This document shows, in pieces, positions 19,127-29,237 of a stretch of DNA of 30,286 nucleotides. Position 1 is the stretch's first letter. Every line of letters starts with the position of its first letter. Position numbers and translations under genes: made by a program. Origin of the DNA: an uncultured Acidobacteriota bacterium (lineage in GTDB: Bacteria; Actinomycetota; Acidimicrobiia; Spongiisociales; ZC4RG35); the NCBI GenBank assembly GCA_963828465.1, contig CAWHEU010000010.1, forward strand, positions 1 to 30,286, read 5' to 3'. Under the pieces are notes generated by a model. The model did not search any database, had not been told where the DNA came from, and saw only the letters and a list, made by a program, of their open reading frames with translations.

Positions 19127-19902
19127 CGGTCGAGACCGAACTTGTCCGTGATCAGCCTGGGGAACGACCGCGGGCGGAATCGTGCGAACCGCACCGGGCG
19201 CTCACCCTGCTCGATCTCGACAGTCCGGCCTGCGCCGAGATGGCCCATGTCGATCTTGTCCACGGTCACCTTCACCGGGCGGTCCTTGCCAACGACGATC
19301 GACAGCCGACTGCTCGCCGCGATGACAAGCGTGCGGTCGAAAAGGGAATGCGCCGCGACCGGGGTGAGGATCAGGGCACTGAGGACCGGGTCGACGAGTG
19401 GGCCCCGGGCTGAGAACGAGTACGCGGTCGATCCAGTAGGGGTAGCCACAATGAGCCCATCGGCGCGATAGGTAAGGAAATGCTCGTCATCGACGGCGAC
19501 ATCGAGGTGAATGAGGCGCTGGCTGTCAACCTTCTCCACTACGACATCGTTGACGCCCGTGGCCGAGGCTCCTTCCACCGTCGCCTTGACGGTCATCCGC
19601 TCCGAGACCTCGTAGTCACCGCCGAGCAGTCGGGTGATCACCTGATCCAGGTCGTCCGGCTCGGCCTCCGCCAGGAACCCCATCGTGCCGAGGTTGAAGC
19701 CGAGGACGGGAACATCGTGGGTGAGGGCACGCTGGGCCGCCGCCAACACTGTCCCGTCACCTCCCACTGCCAGGATGAGGTCTGGTCTCTCCCCAACGTC
19801 CTCGACGACCTTGCCCCCCGCCGAGGCAATGGCCACCCTCAGCTTCTCGGCGAAGACACGCGCATTCTCCGGCCCATGCCGTACCTCGAGGGCGAACTTC
19901 AT
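19123..19902 (-). CDS. nadK: NAD(+) kinase
   Basis: GGDGT, ND, DGLIVATPTGSTAY. Located between tlyA and recN. Confidence 0.95.
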   Translation of the reverse strand: MKFALEVRHGPENARVFAEKLRVAIASAGGKVVEDVGERPDLILAVGGDGTVLAAAQRALTHDVPVLGFNLGTMGFLAEAEPDDLDQVITRLLGGDYEVSERMTVKATVEGASATGVNDVVVEKVDSQRLIHLDVAVDDEHFLTYRADGLIVATPTGSTAYSFSARGPLVDPVLSALILTPVAAHSLFDRTLVIAASSRLSIVVGKDRPVKVTVDKIDMGHLGAGRTVEIEQGERPVRFARFRPRSFPRLITDKFGLDR

Positions 19903-20663
19903 TCAGGCACCTCCAGGGCGATCCCTTCATCGCCTTTGCGAAGCCAGAGTAGGTACTCGACGTTGCCGTCTCGTCCTTCGATTGGTGAGCGGATGATGCC
20001 GCGGGCACCCAATCCGGCTTCCCCGAGACACCCGATCACCTTGCGAACGGCCTGCTCCCGCACTTCATGGTCGCGGATCACCCCTCCGTGACCCACGTTG
20101 CCTTTGCCCGCCTCGAATTGGGGTTTCACCAGGACGACGAGGTCCGCCCCATCGGCGGCCGCTTCATCCAGCTTTCCGGCGACTGCGCAGAGCGAGATGA
20201 ACGAGAGATCGGCGACGATGAGCGGATAAGGGCCGTCTAGTTGGGCGACATCGACCAGACGGAAGTTGGTCCGCTCAACAGAGACGACTCGCTGGTCATT
20301 CCGAAGGCGCTCGTGAAGCTGAGCTCGCCCGACATCGAGAGCGGTCACCGATCGCGCACCCCGCTCCAGGGCCACCTCGGTAAACCCGCCGGTCGAGGCC
20401 CCGATGTCGAGGACAACTTTGCCGTCCGGGTCGACCGGGAAGGCGTCGAGGGCGGCGAGCAACTTGAACGCCCCTCGAGACACCCACTTTCTCTCGTCGC
20501 TCACCAACGAGATCGGAGTGTCGGTGGAGACGAGAGAAGCCGGCTTTGGGGTAGGCATACCGCCTACCAGGACCTTCGACTCAGTGATGAGCCTCTGTGC
20601 CTCGGTGCGGCTGCCGGCGAGATCGCGCCGGACGATCTCGGCGTCGAGACGCCTTCTGGTCAG
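19899..20663 (-). CDS. tlyA: TlyA-family rRNA (cytidine-2'-O)-methyltransferase
   Basis: S4 domain RRRLDAEIVRRDLAGSR lies upstream of the first ATG. VSRGAFKL, DIGASTGGFT, DLSFISL, KPQFE, GNVEY. Probable CTG start at 20663. Confidence 0.93.
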   Translation of the reverse strand: MTRRRLDAEIVRRDLAGSRTEAQRLITESKVLVGGMPTPKPASLVSTDTPISLVSDERKWVSRGAFKLLAALDAFPVDPDGKVVLDIGASTGGFTEVALERGARSVTALDVGRAQLHERLRNDQRVVSVERTNFRLVDVAQLDGPYPLIVADLSFISLCAVAGKLDEAAADGADLVVLVKPQFEAGKGNVGHGGVIRDHEVREQAVRKVIGCLGEAGLGARGIIRSPIEGRDGNVEYLLWLRKGDEGIALEVPE

Positions 20664-20803
20664 GACGGCTCCGATTCCTCGAGGAGTGAGCCGAGGAGGT
20701 TGGCCAGCTCCGCCGCCGGTTCGGGCAAATCGGCGGGGTCGAGCTCTTCGAGACGGGCGAGGGCGGCTTCCAGCTTCTCGATTTGCTCCTCGGTGATTTC
20801 CAT
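20660..20803 (-). CDS. Small acidic helical hypothetical protein (47 aa)
   Basis: MEITEEQIEKLEAALARLEELDPADLPEPAAELANLLGSLLEESEPS. GC3-rich codons, GATAAT box 6 nt upstream, stop overlaps the tlyA start. Too short for the ORF track. Confidence 0.7.
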   Translation of the reverse strand: MEITEEQIEKLEAALARLEELDPADLPEPAAELANLLGSLLEESEPS

Positions 20804-20844
20804 ATCCGGATTATCGCCTAATCCGGGTCAGGAAGGCCAGATCT

Positions 20845-21594
20845 CTACGACAGGACCAGATCCACCGCTGCTGCCAGATCGGGTGCGACGTGATCGGCGC
20901 CCAGCGCCTCCCAATGGGGGGTCACACCTGAGAGGACGAGGATGGAAGTCCAGTCGGGCTCTGCGGCGGCCAGAGCGATGTCGGTGTCGACCCGATCGCC
21001 GATGATCCATGCAGCTCCGATCCCTCGCGCACGGAGCAACTCCCTCATCGGTCGGTGTGGCTTGCCGGCGACCTCGGGGATGACTCCGGTCGTAGCTTGC
21101 ACCGCAGCGACCATCGCTCCCCCACCTGGGAGCAGGCCACCCGGAACCGGATATGTCGGGTCGGTGTTGGTAGCGATAAACCGCGCCCCGGCTCGAACTG
21201 CGTCCGCCGCTCTGGTCAGTCGTTCGTAGCTCAAGTCCCAATCGAGCCCGACCAGGAGCGCCCTTGCCTGCATGGGATCGTCAGTCACCCCGATCCCGGC
21301 CTCGGCCAGTGCCGTCGTGATCCCATCCGAGCCGAGGACCATCACCGGATGCTCTGCTGCCTCGAGCATCCCCACCGCTGCCTCGGAGGAGGTGACGATG
21401 GAGTCGGCAGCAATGTCGACGCCCGTCATCGTCGATATCCGCTCGGCGACGTTCGCCGGCGTTTTCGTGCTGTTGTTGGTAGCGAAGTAGAGGTCCACTC
21501 CCGCCGTGACCAGGCGGTGCAGCGCTCTGTCCGAACCGGGGATGAGCTGGTCGCCGCGATAGACGACGCCATCGATGTCGCATATGACTGTCAT
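20845..21594 (-). CDS. HAD-IIA family hydrolase (NagD-like)
   Basis: DIDGVVY, ATNNS, ATNTD, GKP, IGDRVDTD, VLSG. Confidence 0.92.
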   Translation of the reverse strand: MTVICDIDGVVYRGDQLIPGSDRALHRLVTAGVDLYFATNNSTKTPANVAERISTMTGVDIAADSIVTSSEAAVGMLEAAEHPVMVLGSDGITTALAEAGIGVTDDPMQARALLVGLDWDLSYERLTRAADAVRAGARFIATNTDPTYPVPGGLLPGGGAMVAAVQATTGVIPEVAGKPHRPMRELLRARGIGAAWIIGDRVDTDIALAAAEPDWTSILVLSGVTPHWEALGADHVAPDLAAAVDLVLS

Positions 21595-22913
21595 GGTGCG
21601 GTGAAGAAGCGCTCCAGGACATGTTCGTAGAGGACCGTGGTCCGCTCGACAGACGCTGCCGAAACCCTTTCATCGTGGCCGTGGAAGAGCGACAGCATCT
21701 CGGAGAAGGCCATGCGCTCGTCGAAGAGGCCCACGCCGTAACAAATGGTGCCCCTCGCCCGCCAGAAGCGGGCGTCGGTCGCCGCTGTCATCAATGTCGG
21801 CGCCAGATTCCGGTGACCATCCAGTGCCTCGACGGCATCCCCGATGGCTTCCCACAGGGCGTTGCCCACCGGTGAGACAGTCGGCTCGCTGTCCATCACC
21901 GGGATGATCTCGATGTGACCGGACGCGGTACCCATGGACTTTCGGAGATGGGCGTCGACGAACTCCCGATCCATTCCAGGGAGTCCGCGTATGTCGAGCT
22001 CGGCATGGGCCTTGTCGGCTATGACGTTGGTCTTGGTCCCTGCCTTGATCACATTGGACGAGATCGTGAGATGGGTGGCGGCGTGGATGTAGCGGGCCAG
22101 GGCCGGGTCCTCCACAGCTATCCGGTCGATCTCTTCGTCCAATCTGTCGATGTCGGTGAGCCGCTGGACCGTGTCGACGTCGAGGCCCAATTCCTCGACG
22201 AAACTCAGCCATTCCTCGGTCACCGCCGCCGGCGCGGGGGCGCTGATGATCCCGTCCAGGGCCTGGACCATCTTCTCCAGGGCGTTGTCCGCCCCATACG
22301 GGATCGAGCCATGTCCCGGTGTGCCGCCCGTTTCGAGAAATGACCAATAGGCGCCCTTCTCCCCGATCGAGACCGGAACGGTGCGTCGGCCCCCCACGGT
22401 CAACGCGGGGTAGGCGAGTTCCGTCAGCAGGTAGTCGGTGGATACCAGGCTCCAGTGCTCGTCGACGAGATGCTTTGCGCCGAGCCGCCCACCCGCCTCC
22501 TCGTCGGCGACTGCGGCGAAAAGGAGGTCGCCACGTGGCGTCCTGTCCCCGATCAGGTAGGGACGTACCGCAGCAGTCATGGCCGCGGTGACGTTGAGCA
22601 TGTCCACGGCACCCCGGCCGTAGACAAATCCGTCCTCGATCTCGGCGGCGAAGGGATCTCTCGACCAGCCTGCCGGGTCGACCGGGACGACGTCGATATG
22701 CGGGACCAGGGCGAGCGAAGGCGCTTCGGGGTCGAAGCCGGGGACCCGATACACCAGCGACTGCCTGCCCGCGACGGGCTCGAATACTTCCCCTTCGACC
22801 CCGATGTACTCGACGAGGGTGCGCACGGAGCGCACCTCCTGCCCGCTGTCTGGTGAGCCATCGTTGACGCATTTGTTGCGGATGAGCTCCTGGAGGAGCG
22901 CAACGGTGCTCAT
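21591..22913 (-). CDS. M20/M25/M40 family metallohydrolase (ArgE/DapE-like)
   Basis: HIDVVP, GRGAVDM, DEEAGG, GHGS, TD, HGHDER. Confidence 0.9.
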   Translation of the reverse strand: MSTVALLQELIRNKCVNDGSPDSGQEVRSVRTLVEYIGVEGEVFEPVAGRQSLVYRVPGFDPEAPSLALVPHIDVVPVDPAGWSRDPFAAEIEDGFVYGRGAVDMLNVTAAMTAAVRPYLIGDRTPRGDLLFAAVADEEAGGRLGAKHLVDEHWSLVSTDYLLTELAYPALTVGGRRTVPVSIGEKGAYWSFLETGGTPGHGSIPYGADNALEKMVQALDGIISAPAPAAVTEEWLSFVEELGLDVDTVQRLTDIDRLDEEIDRIAVEDPALARYIHAATHLTISSNVIKAGTKTNVIADKAHAELDIRGLPGMDREFVDAHLRKSMGTASGHIEIIPVMDSEPTVSPVGNALWEAIGDAVEALDGHRNLAPTLMTAATDARFWRARGTICYGVGLFDERMAFSEMLSLFHGHDERVSAASVERTTVLYEHVLERFFTAP

Positions 22914-22923
22914 CTGAGTCAGC

Positions 22924-23334
22924 CTATGACCCGGTCCGGGAGTCGAGCAGCTCGATCAGCTCGTACATCGTCGAAGTCAAGGGGTAGTCGCCCGCAAGAC
23001 GCAGGGGGACCCACTCCGCGCGATCGGCATCGTCACCGGCGATCACTTCTCCACCCACGACCGACCCGAGGAAGTCGATGAGCACGATGTGGCCCTGGTC
23101 GGAGATGTGCTCCCCCACCCAGATCACTTCACCGATTTCCACTTCGAGACCCGTCTCCTCGGCCACCTCACGAACGGCCGCGTCCCTTATCGTCTCCCCG
23201 AGATCCACCTTTCCGCCCGGCACGGCCCAAAGCCCCTTCGATGGCTCATGGCCGCGTTGGACGAGGAGGATCCGACCGTCGTCGTCGACTAGGACCACGC
23301 CGACACCCACAAGTGGACGGTCAACGCTCGTCAT
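22924..23334 (-). CDS. NUDIX hydrolase
   Basis: Nudix box [23 protein letters not shown] and AGDDA. Start ATG 23334. Confidence 0.88.
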   Translation of the reverse strand: MTSVDRPLVGVGVVLVDDDGRILLVQRGHEPSKGLWAVPGGKVDLGETIRDAAVREVAEETGLEVEIGEVIWVGEHISDQGHIVLIDFLGSVVGGEVIAGDDADRAEWVPLRLAGDYPLTSTMYELIELLDSRTGS

Positions 23335-23797
23335 CGTGGTGCATGATGATGGAACGGGCGGAGAAGCCTCCTGCCTCGAAGAAGTTCTTAGCCAGGCGGT
23401 GACCGGGGAGGACGTGCGCATCGAACTTCGAAATCCCACGTTTACGGAGGAGATCCATCACGAACTCACGCATCTCCTCACCGAGGGCGACCTCTCTGGC
23501 GTCAGGCTCGACATAGATGAGGCGGATCGAGCCGACCTTCTCCCCCTGGGCCTGGGGCAGGATCTCCTCGACCTGGGCGGTGACGAACCCGAACGGATAC
23601 CCGTCCAATTCCCCAATCACCACGAGACCCTCGGGATCCTCGAGGAGACGTTCGAACGACGATGCGACGGGCTCAGCGAGACCGTCGGCCATTGGCCACA
23701 TCGGGTGAAGAGCAGTCATTTCCTCCTCCAGGCCCCGATACAGCCCTGCCAATGCGGAGACATCATCCAGGCCCGCCAGCCTGGCGGTGACGCTCAC
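23321..23797 (-). CDS. GNAT-family N-acetyltransferase
   Basis: [13 protein letters not shown] (motif A-like) and [10 protein letters not shown] (motif B). GTG 23797 overlaps the upstream stop. Confidence 0.8.
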   Translation of the reverse strand: MSVTARLAGLDDVSALAGLYRGLEEEMTALHPMWPMADGLAEPVASSFERLLEDPEGLVVIGELDGYPFGFVTAQVEEILPQAQGEKVGSIRLIYVEPDAREVALGEEMREFVMDLLRKRGISKFDAHVLPGHRLAKNFFEAGGFSARSIIMHHDDER

Positions 23798-24528
23798 CGC
23801 CCCCACGAGCGCACCCCTCGCACCGCTCGCTGCCAACCCCACACCGTCACCAGTCTCATCGCCTCCACGACGATCTCGGTCCCCATCTTCGAGGTGCCTC
23901 TCGTACGATCGCGAAAGGTGATCGGGACCTCGACGACGCGCAACCCGTTCTCGTAGGCCCGCATGGCCATCTCCACCTGGAAGGCGTAGCCAGAGGCCTG
24001 CGCAGCGCGGTAAGGGAGGTTCTGCAACGCCTCGGCCCGGTAAGCGCGGAATCCGGCTGTGGCGTCGTGTGCCGGGATCCCGAGCATGATCCGGGCGTAG
24101 AGATTGCCGCCCTTGGAGATGAGGCGACGCGTCAGGGGCCAATCCGGGGTGTCACCCCCTTTGACGTACCGGGATCCGATGGCCAGATCTGCACCGTTGT
24201 CGATCGCCTCCACCAGACGGGGCAGGTCGGCTGGATCGTGAGAGAAGTCGGCGTCCATCTCGATGACGATCTCGGCTCCATCCGCCAATGCCTGGTCGAA
24301 GGCGGCCGCGTATGCCGGACCCAACCCCTCCTTCTTCGAGCGATGGAGCACCGAGATCAGGCCGTCCTCGCCGGCTAGACGTTCAGCGAGCTCACCTGTC
24401 CCGTCGGGGGACGAATCATCCACAACGAGGAGCCGGTAACCGTGGGCGGTTACTGCCTTCGAGATGTCGGGGAGGTTCTCTTTCTCGTTGTACGTGGGGA
24501 TGGCGACCGTTACCCGGTCAGGAGGCAC
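23794..24528 (-). CDS. ppm1: Polyprenol-monophosphomannose synthase (GT2, Ppm1/DPM1-like)
   Basis: IPTYNEKEN, VVDDSSPDGTG, GLGPAY, MDADFSHDP, GSRYV.GG, DATAGFR, GYAFQVEM, EVPITF.DR..G.SKM. Confidence 0.88.
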   Translation of the reverse strand: MPPDRVTVAIPTYNEKENLPDISKAVTAHGYRLLVVDDSSPDGTGELAERLAGEDGLISVLHRSKKEGLGPAYAAAFDQALADGAEIVIEMDADFSHDPADLPRLVEAIDNGADLAIGSRYVKGGDTPDWPLTRRLISKGGNLYARIMLGIPAHDATAGFRAYRAEALQNLPYRAAQASGYAFQVEMAMRAYENGLRVVEVPITFRDRTRGTSKMGTEIVVEAMRLVTVWGWQRAVRGVRSWGR

Positions 24529-24994
24529 AGTCCACGCACAGCATCTTCTTGCGATTGGCCAGCTGGCTCGTCCTCTTCACCATGAAGCAATTCTGGCAAA
24601 CGAACTCGTCCGACCTCTGCAGCTGGGCGTCGACGTTCATGGTCAGCTCCTCGCGGCGGATGGCGCGGAGCTCCTCGGCTTCGTCGACTAGAAGGGCCTC
24701 TCCAGCCTCTTCATCGAGCAGCTGGAGTTCCTCGCTCTCCAGCTCTTCGAGGGCCTCGGTCGTCTCCTCGTCCTGCTGATCGTCGTCCTCGTCCTCACCG
24801 GCGTCGTAGTCGGCTTCTTCCGACTCGTCTTCCTCTTCGAAAGCCTCGTCCTCGATTTCGAGCTCGAGATCTACTTCGTCCTCTAGATCCTCATCGAGGT
24901 CTGGAATCGCGTCCTCGTCGGGTTCCTCCTCGGGCGCGTCGACGAGGTCGTCTTCGGGTTCTTCGGTGATCTCTTCTACTTTTTCTCTAGCCAT
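24518..24994 (-). CDS. DUF4193-like protein (acidic N-terminus, C-terminal CxxC...CxxC)
   Basis: C-terminus DEFVCQNCFMVKRTSQLA...LCVDC resembles the actinobacterial DUF4193 pattern as I recall it. TATACT -10 box at 25030-25035. Confidence 0.78.
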   Translation of the reverse strand: MAREKVEEITEEPEDDLVDAPEEEPDEDAIPDLDEDLEDEVDLELEIEDEAFEEEDESEEADYDAGEDEDDDQQDEETTEALEELESEELQLLDEEAGEALLVDEAEELRAIRREELTMNVDAQLQRSDEFVCQNCFMVKRTSQLANRKKMLCVDCAS

Positions 24995-25048
24995 CGTCCA
25001 CTCGGCTTTCGGCCCCTTGGCGGCGCGGGAGTATAAATCGCCTTCGTC

Positions 25049-25933
25049 TCAGATCTTCAGACTGATCGCGGCGGGGATAACACGGCCTTTAACCGCTGTA
25101 TTCCCGACAAGATCGCCGTCGCATTCCACCGGCCACGGCGGGTCCGTCTCGATGCTGAACTCGGCTGCCGAGAGCCTTCGCACTGCAGGATCGCTGAGAT
25201 GAGTGCCCTTGATCACCTTGGGCACGAGGGCGGGGGCGGACGTCTTGCGGCAGTTGATGATCTGGACGTCCAAAGCCCCATCGACAAGCATCGCCTTGGG
25301 GGCAACGTTCCAGCCGCCGGCGAAGAACTGGGCGTTGGCCAGGATCACCGCCAGGGCCTCCGATTCGATCGTGCGCCGCTCGGTGATGACTTTGACCTTC
25401 GCCCTGGGGAACCCGGGAAGCCGAGCCACAAACGCGAGCGGATATCGAGCCGCTCCAAGTCGACGGCCAAGAGACATAGCCGTTTGGACGGCGGCGGCCC
25501 CCACCCCGGTCTGAGCGACGTTGACGAAATAGCGAAGCCCCCAGCTGCCCTCCAAAGTCCCCACATCGATGTCGTAGACCGCGTCGGTGGTCAGATGGCG
25601 GGCCGCCCCTGCCACATCCCGTGGCAACCCGAAGGTGCGCAGAAGGTCACAGCCAGTGCCGACGGGCAACACCCCGATCACGGGCGGAGCCGCCAGACCG
25701 AGAGGCATGAGGGCGTTCACCGCCAGATTGACAGTGCCGTCCCCGCCGGCAACGGCGAAATGAGTTGCCCCGGACCGTGCGGACTCCTCTATGAGGGCGC
25801 TCGTCTCATCCGGTGAGTCTGGGGCGTGCAGATCGAAGTCGAGGCCGATCTCTCGGAGCAGATCGCGGATCTCCGCAGGCTCGGACGCCTTCCTTCCAGC
25901 GGCCCGATTCACATAGACATGCCATTTGGGCAA
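25049..25933 (-). CDS. Diacylglycerol/lipid kinase family protein (YegS/DagK/BmrU-like)
   Basis: N..AG, AGGDGTVN, LPVGTGCDL, FVNVA..G, FFAGG, DG.LD, ECDGD. Confidence 0.9.
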   Translation of the reverse strand: MPKWHVYVNRAAGRKASEPAEIRDLLREIGLDFDLHAPDSPDETSALIEESARSGATHFAVAGGDGTVNLAVNALMPLGLAAPPVIGVLPVGTGCDLLRTFGLPRDVAGAARHLTTDAVYDIDVGTLEGSWGLRYFVNVAQTGVGAAAVQTAMSLGRRLGAARYPLAFVARLPGFPRAKVKVITERRTIESEALAVILANAQFFAGGWNVAPKAMLVDGALDVQIINCRKTSAPALVPKVIKGTHLSDPAVRRLSAAEFSIETDPPWPVECDGDLVGNTAVKGRVIPAAISLKI

Positions 25934-28476
25934 TTAGCCGACTCCCTGAGCGGCGACCACCCCTCGGTCGATCGCCCTAAGAGCAGCGACGGCCTCCTCA
26001 CGAAGACCGGGCGCGCTATCCCGCAGTTGACGTACCAGGTCGACGAGTTGGCGTGAGACACGAACGAAGTCCCCTGGAGCCATCCCCTTGCTGGTCAAAT
26101 CGTCGAAGTCGGCACCCGATGCCCACTCGTAGGCCTGGATGCCGAACCCGGGGTCGGGGCGTCGGGTCGGCGTGAGACGGAGTGATCGTTCCCGATCGAC
26201 CAGATCCTTCCAGAGAAGATCCAGTTCCTCCCAACGCTCGGCCAGAACGGCGGTTGGCCACTCGGCTAGGGACGCCGTGTCGGTTCTCGGCTCGTATACG
26301 AACACCGATGTGAGGGCGACGACCTCAGCCGGCTCCAGACCGTAGAAGAGGCCCTGCTCGAGTGATTCGGTGAGAAGGAGATCGGATTCGTTGTAGATCC
26401 CTCGGAGCCGCTGACCTCGCTCGGCCAGCTGCCAACCCTCGAGGTAGCCCAGGTCCTCCAACAGGCGGCGGATGCCATCGAACTCCTCCACCAGGCCATG
26501 GCCCGAGCTTCTGCGGACTGTTCGAAATTGCTCCAGCTTGCGCCGAATCCGCACCGCACGGCGAGCGGCGGCGAGATGCCGGGCTGCATCCGGGCATCCT
26601 GCGACCGGGTGGTCGATGATCGGGTGCTTGCGGATCTCCTTGCTCGACTCGCGTGGTGGCACACGTCGCAGCATCCGTAGGAGATCCTGGACGTACCTTC
26701 GGTCCTTCGGCCGCACAGGGAGAGGGATCTCCAACTCTGTGACAATCGTGGACCCATCCACGACGTCGCGATACCCGATGGTCGAGACCCGTCCCGACGT
26801 GGCAAGAACCAGGTATCTGGCGCCACCGTCCTTTCGGGCGAGTCGCTTCAGGATCACATAGCGTCCATCGCGGGCACCGCCGGGGACATCTACTACTTGA
26901 CCCGCCCCGAGAATCGACGAGATCCGGTCATTGTGGCCCTCTGGCTGAGCAGACTCCACGAGCGCCATGTACTCCTCCACTGGTCCCCGCTCGCAATGCG
27001 CCGCTGACTCCTCTTTCTCCAGGGAGTGCTCCAGTGCCTCGATGGTCGTATCAGCGGCGTGCTTGTCGCCCTCGCGTTGGAACGCGGCGAAGGAGGCCTC
27101 GAGCAGCTCCTCCGCCTGCTCCTGGCTGTAGTTGGCGACGAGGTTCGCCGTCATGTTGTAGGTGGGTCGGAAACTCGATCGAAGCGGATGCGAGCCGATG
27201 GAGGCAACCTCTGTGACCGAGCCGAAGCGGACGAATGGCGAGTGCAACACCACTCCATATCCTTCGACGTCGATTCCTCTCCGCCCGGCCCTGCCCGTCA
27301 ATTGGGTGTAGTCACCTGGTCGCATGAGCTCGTGGGTCTCGCCGTTGAACTTGGAGAGCGACTCCAGCACGACAGTCCGCGCCGGATGTTGATCCCCAGC
27401 GCCAGCGTCTCGGTGGCGAACACCACTTTCAACAACCCGGCCTCGAACAGCTCTTCCACGGTCTCCTTGAAGGCGGGGACCAGTCCAGCGTGATGAGGGG
27501 CCACTCCGGCCTCGAGACCGGCGATCCAACGGTCGTACCCGAGCACAGTCAGGTCTTGGTCCCCGAGGTGGGCCGTCCGCGTCTCGGCGATCTCCCGTAT
27601 CGATGCCCGCTGGGTGGGGTCGGTCAGTCGGACGCCGGCATCGACGAGACGATGGGCTGCGGCATCGCAACCCGCCCTGCTGAAGATGAAGAAGATCGCG
27701 GGAAGCATCCCCTCCTCCGCGAGTCGCTCCACGGTTTCGATCCGATTCGGGCTCTTGAATCGGCGGCGTCGGCCTCGTTCCAGGCCGAGCATGTGTTCGA
27801 TCCGTGGATTGGGCCGTCTCCTTCCCTCACGCTCGATAAAGGTGGGGAGTAGGTGCAGGGTCTGTGCCCCCATTCGGTCTCTGATCATGTACATCGATTC
27901 GAGGGGCACAGGGCGATGGTCGGTGGCGATGAGACGCGTCGGTCCCCGCCGCTCACCCACCCATGCCGCGAACTCCTGATTGTTGGACACGGTCGCCGAG
28001 AGACAGACCAGCTGAAGATCCTGGGGGGCGTGGATGATCACCTCCTCCCAGACGGCGCCCCTGGTCCTGTCCTGGAGATAGTGAACCTCGTCCAGGATCA
28101 CGAGACCAACCTTGTCGAGCCGGGTTCCCTCGGCATAGATCATGTTGCGGAGCACCTCGGTCGTCATGACGACGATCTCGGCATCCCCGTTGATCACGTT
28201 GTCGCCGGTCAGCAGTCCGACCCGTTCCGGCCCGTATCCGGACACGAAATCCGAGAATTTTTGGTTGGACAATGCCTTGATGGGAGTGGTGTAGAAAGAG
28301 CGCTCCCCCCGTAAGAGCGCGAGATGGATCGCCGCCTCGGCCACCAGCGTCTTTCCTGCCCCGGTGGGCGCGGTCACCACGACCGAATTGCCTTCGGACA
28401 CTGCCTCCGCCGCCTCCACCTGAAAATCATCCGCCCGGAACGGGAGTTGTCCCCAGAATTCGTCCAGTGGGGTCAT
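25934..28476 (-). CDS. helY: Ski2-like DExH helicase HelY, one base missing at 27385/27386 (probable sequencing error)
   Basis: APTGAGKT, TPIKALSNQK, DEVH, SAT, HHAG, ATETLALGIN then (M)PARTVV and QLTGRAGRRG in the next frame, DSHCT-like tail GDFVR. Alternative in-frame ATG at 28527. Confidence 0.92.
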
Positions 28477-28523
28477 TCCTCCCCCTGTAGGGGGGAGTAC
28501 CGCCGCAGGCGGGGAGGGGGGAC
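28477..28523. repeat. REP-like double-hairpin element at the tatC/helY junction
   Basis: CTCCCCC-TGTAG-GGGGGAG (28479-28497), CCGCC-GCA-GGCGG (28500-28512) and a G-rich tail. Confidence 0.6.
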
Positions 28524-29237
28524 TCATTTCCTGAGGACCAGACGGACCAGCCAGTAGGTGGCCTCGTACATCAGGTAGAGGGGAACGGACAGGACCAGGA
28601 GACTGAACGCGTCTCCACTGGGCGTTATGAGCGCCGCGCCGATGACGATGATCAGGATCGCCCATCGTCGCCCCTTCGCGAGCTGCTTGGAAGTGATGAT
28701 CCCGGCGGCCGCTGCTGCGAAGAGGAAGACCGGGAAGAGAAAGGCGAGCCCGAAAGCGAGCAGGAAGCGAAGTGTGAATGAGTAATAGTCGCCGAGTCGG
28801 AGGTTGGTTTCCACATCCGGGAAGATCTGTAGGAGGAACTCGAGCCCACGGGGCAGCGTGAGATATCCGAACACGACGCCTCCCACGAAGAGGACGACGA
28901 GGGCGCCCACAATGGGCCATGCCCAGTTGCGCTCCTTCGAGGTGAGGGCGGGTTGAATGAAGGCCCATAACTGATACAGGACCACAGGGCTGGCCATGAT
29001 CACCCCTCCGAAGAGCCCGATCCGCATCAAGACGCCCCATTGCTCGGTGGCGGCGAGAGTCTGTAAATCGTTTTTCGGCGCCGCCGCGTGGAACGGTGCC
29101 TCGAGAATGACGCGCAGCTGGTCGGAGAAGATCAGGGCCACAGCGCCCCCAACCAACACGGCGATGAAGATCTTGACGACACGCCACCGGAGCTCCTCGA
29201 GATGGGCGAGGATGGACTGGGGCTTGTCCTCGATCAC
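28524..29237 (-). CDS. tatC: Twin-arginine translocase subunit TatC
   Basis: HLEELRWR, PVVLYQLWAFIQPAL...E, FGLAF..P, ITPSGD, PLYLMYE. GTG 29237 overlaps the tatB stop. Confidence 0.95.
   Translation of the reverse strand: MIEDKPQSILAHLEELRWRVVKIFIAVLVGGAVALIFSDQLRVILEAPFHAAAPKNDLQTLAATEQWGVLMRIGLFGGVIMASPVVLYQLWAFIQPALTSKERNWAWPIVGALVVLFVGGVVFGYLTLPRGLEFLLQIFPDVETNLRLGDYYSFTLRFLLAFGLAFLFPVFLFAAAAAGIITSKQLAKGRRWAILIIVIGAALITPSGDAFSLLVLSVPLYLMYEATYWLVRLVLRK

Noticed and set aside
19899-20663. TlyA as a haemolysin or virulence factor
   Set aside because: The tlyA-nadK-recN context and methyltransferase motifs indicate the housekeeping rRNA methylase. Nothing in the sequence supports a toxin role.
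27370-27400. Programmed ribosomal frameshifting in helY, xerD, aroA or tatB
   Set aside because: No slippery heptamer or stimulatory structure is visible, the breaks fall inside conserved regions, and several unrelated genes are affected.
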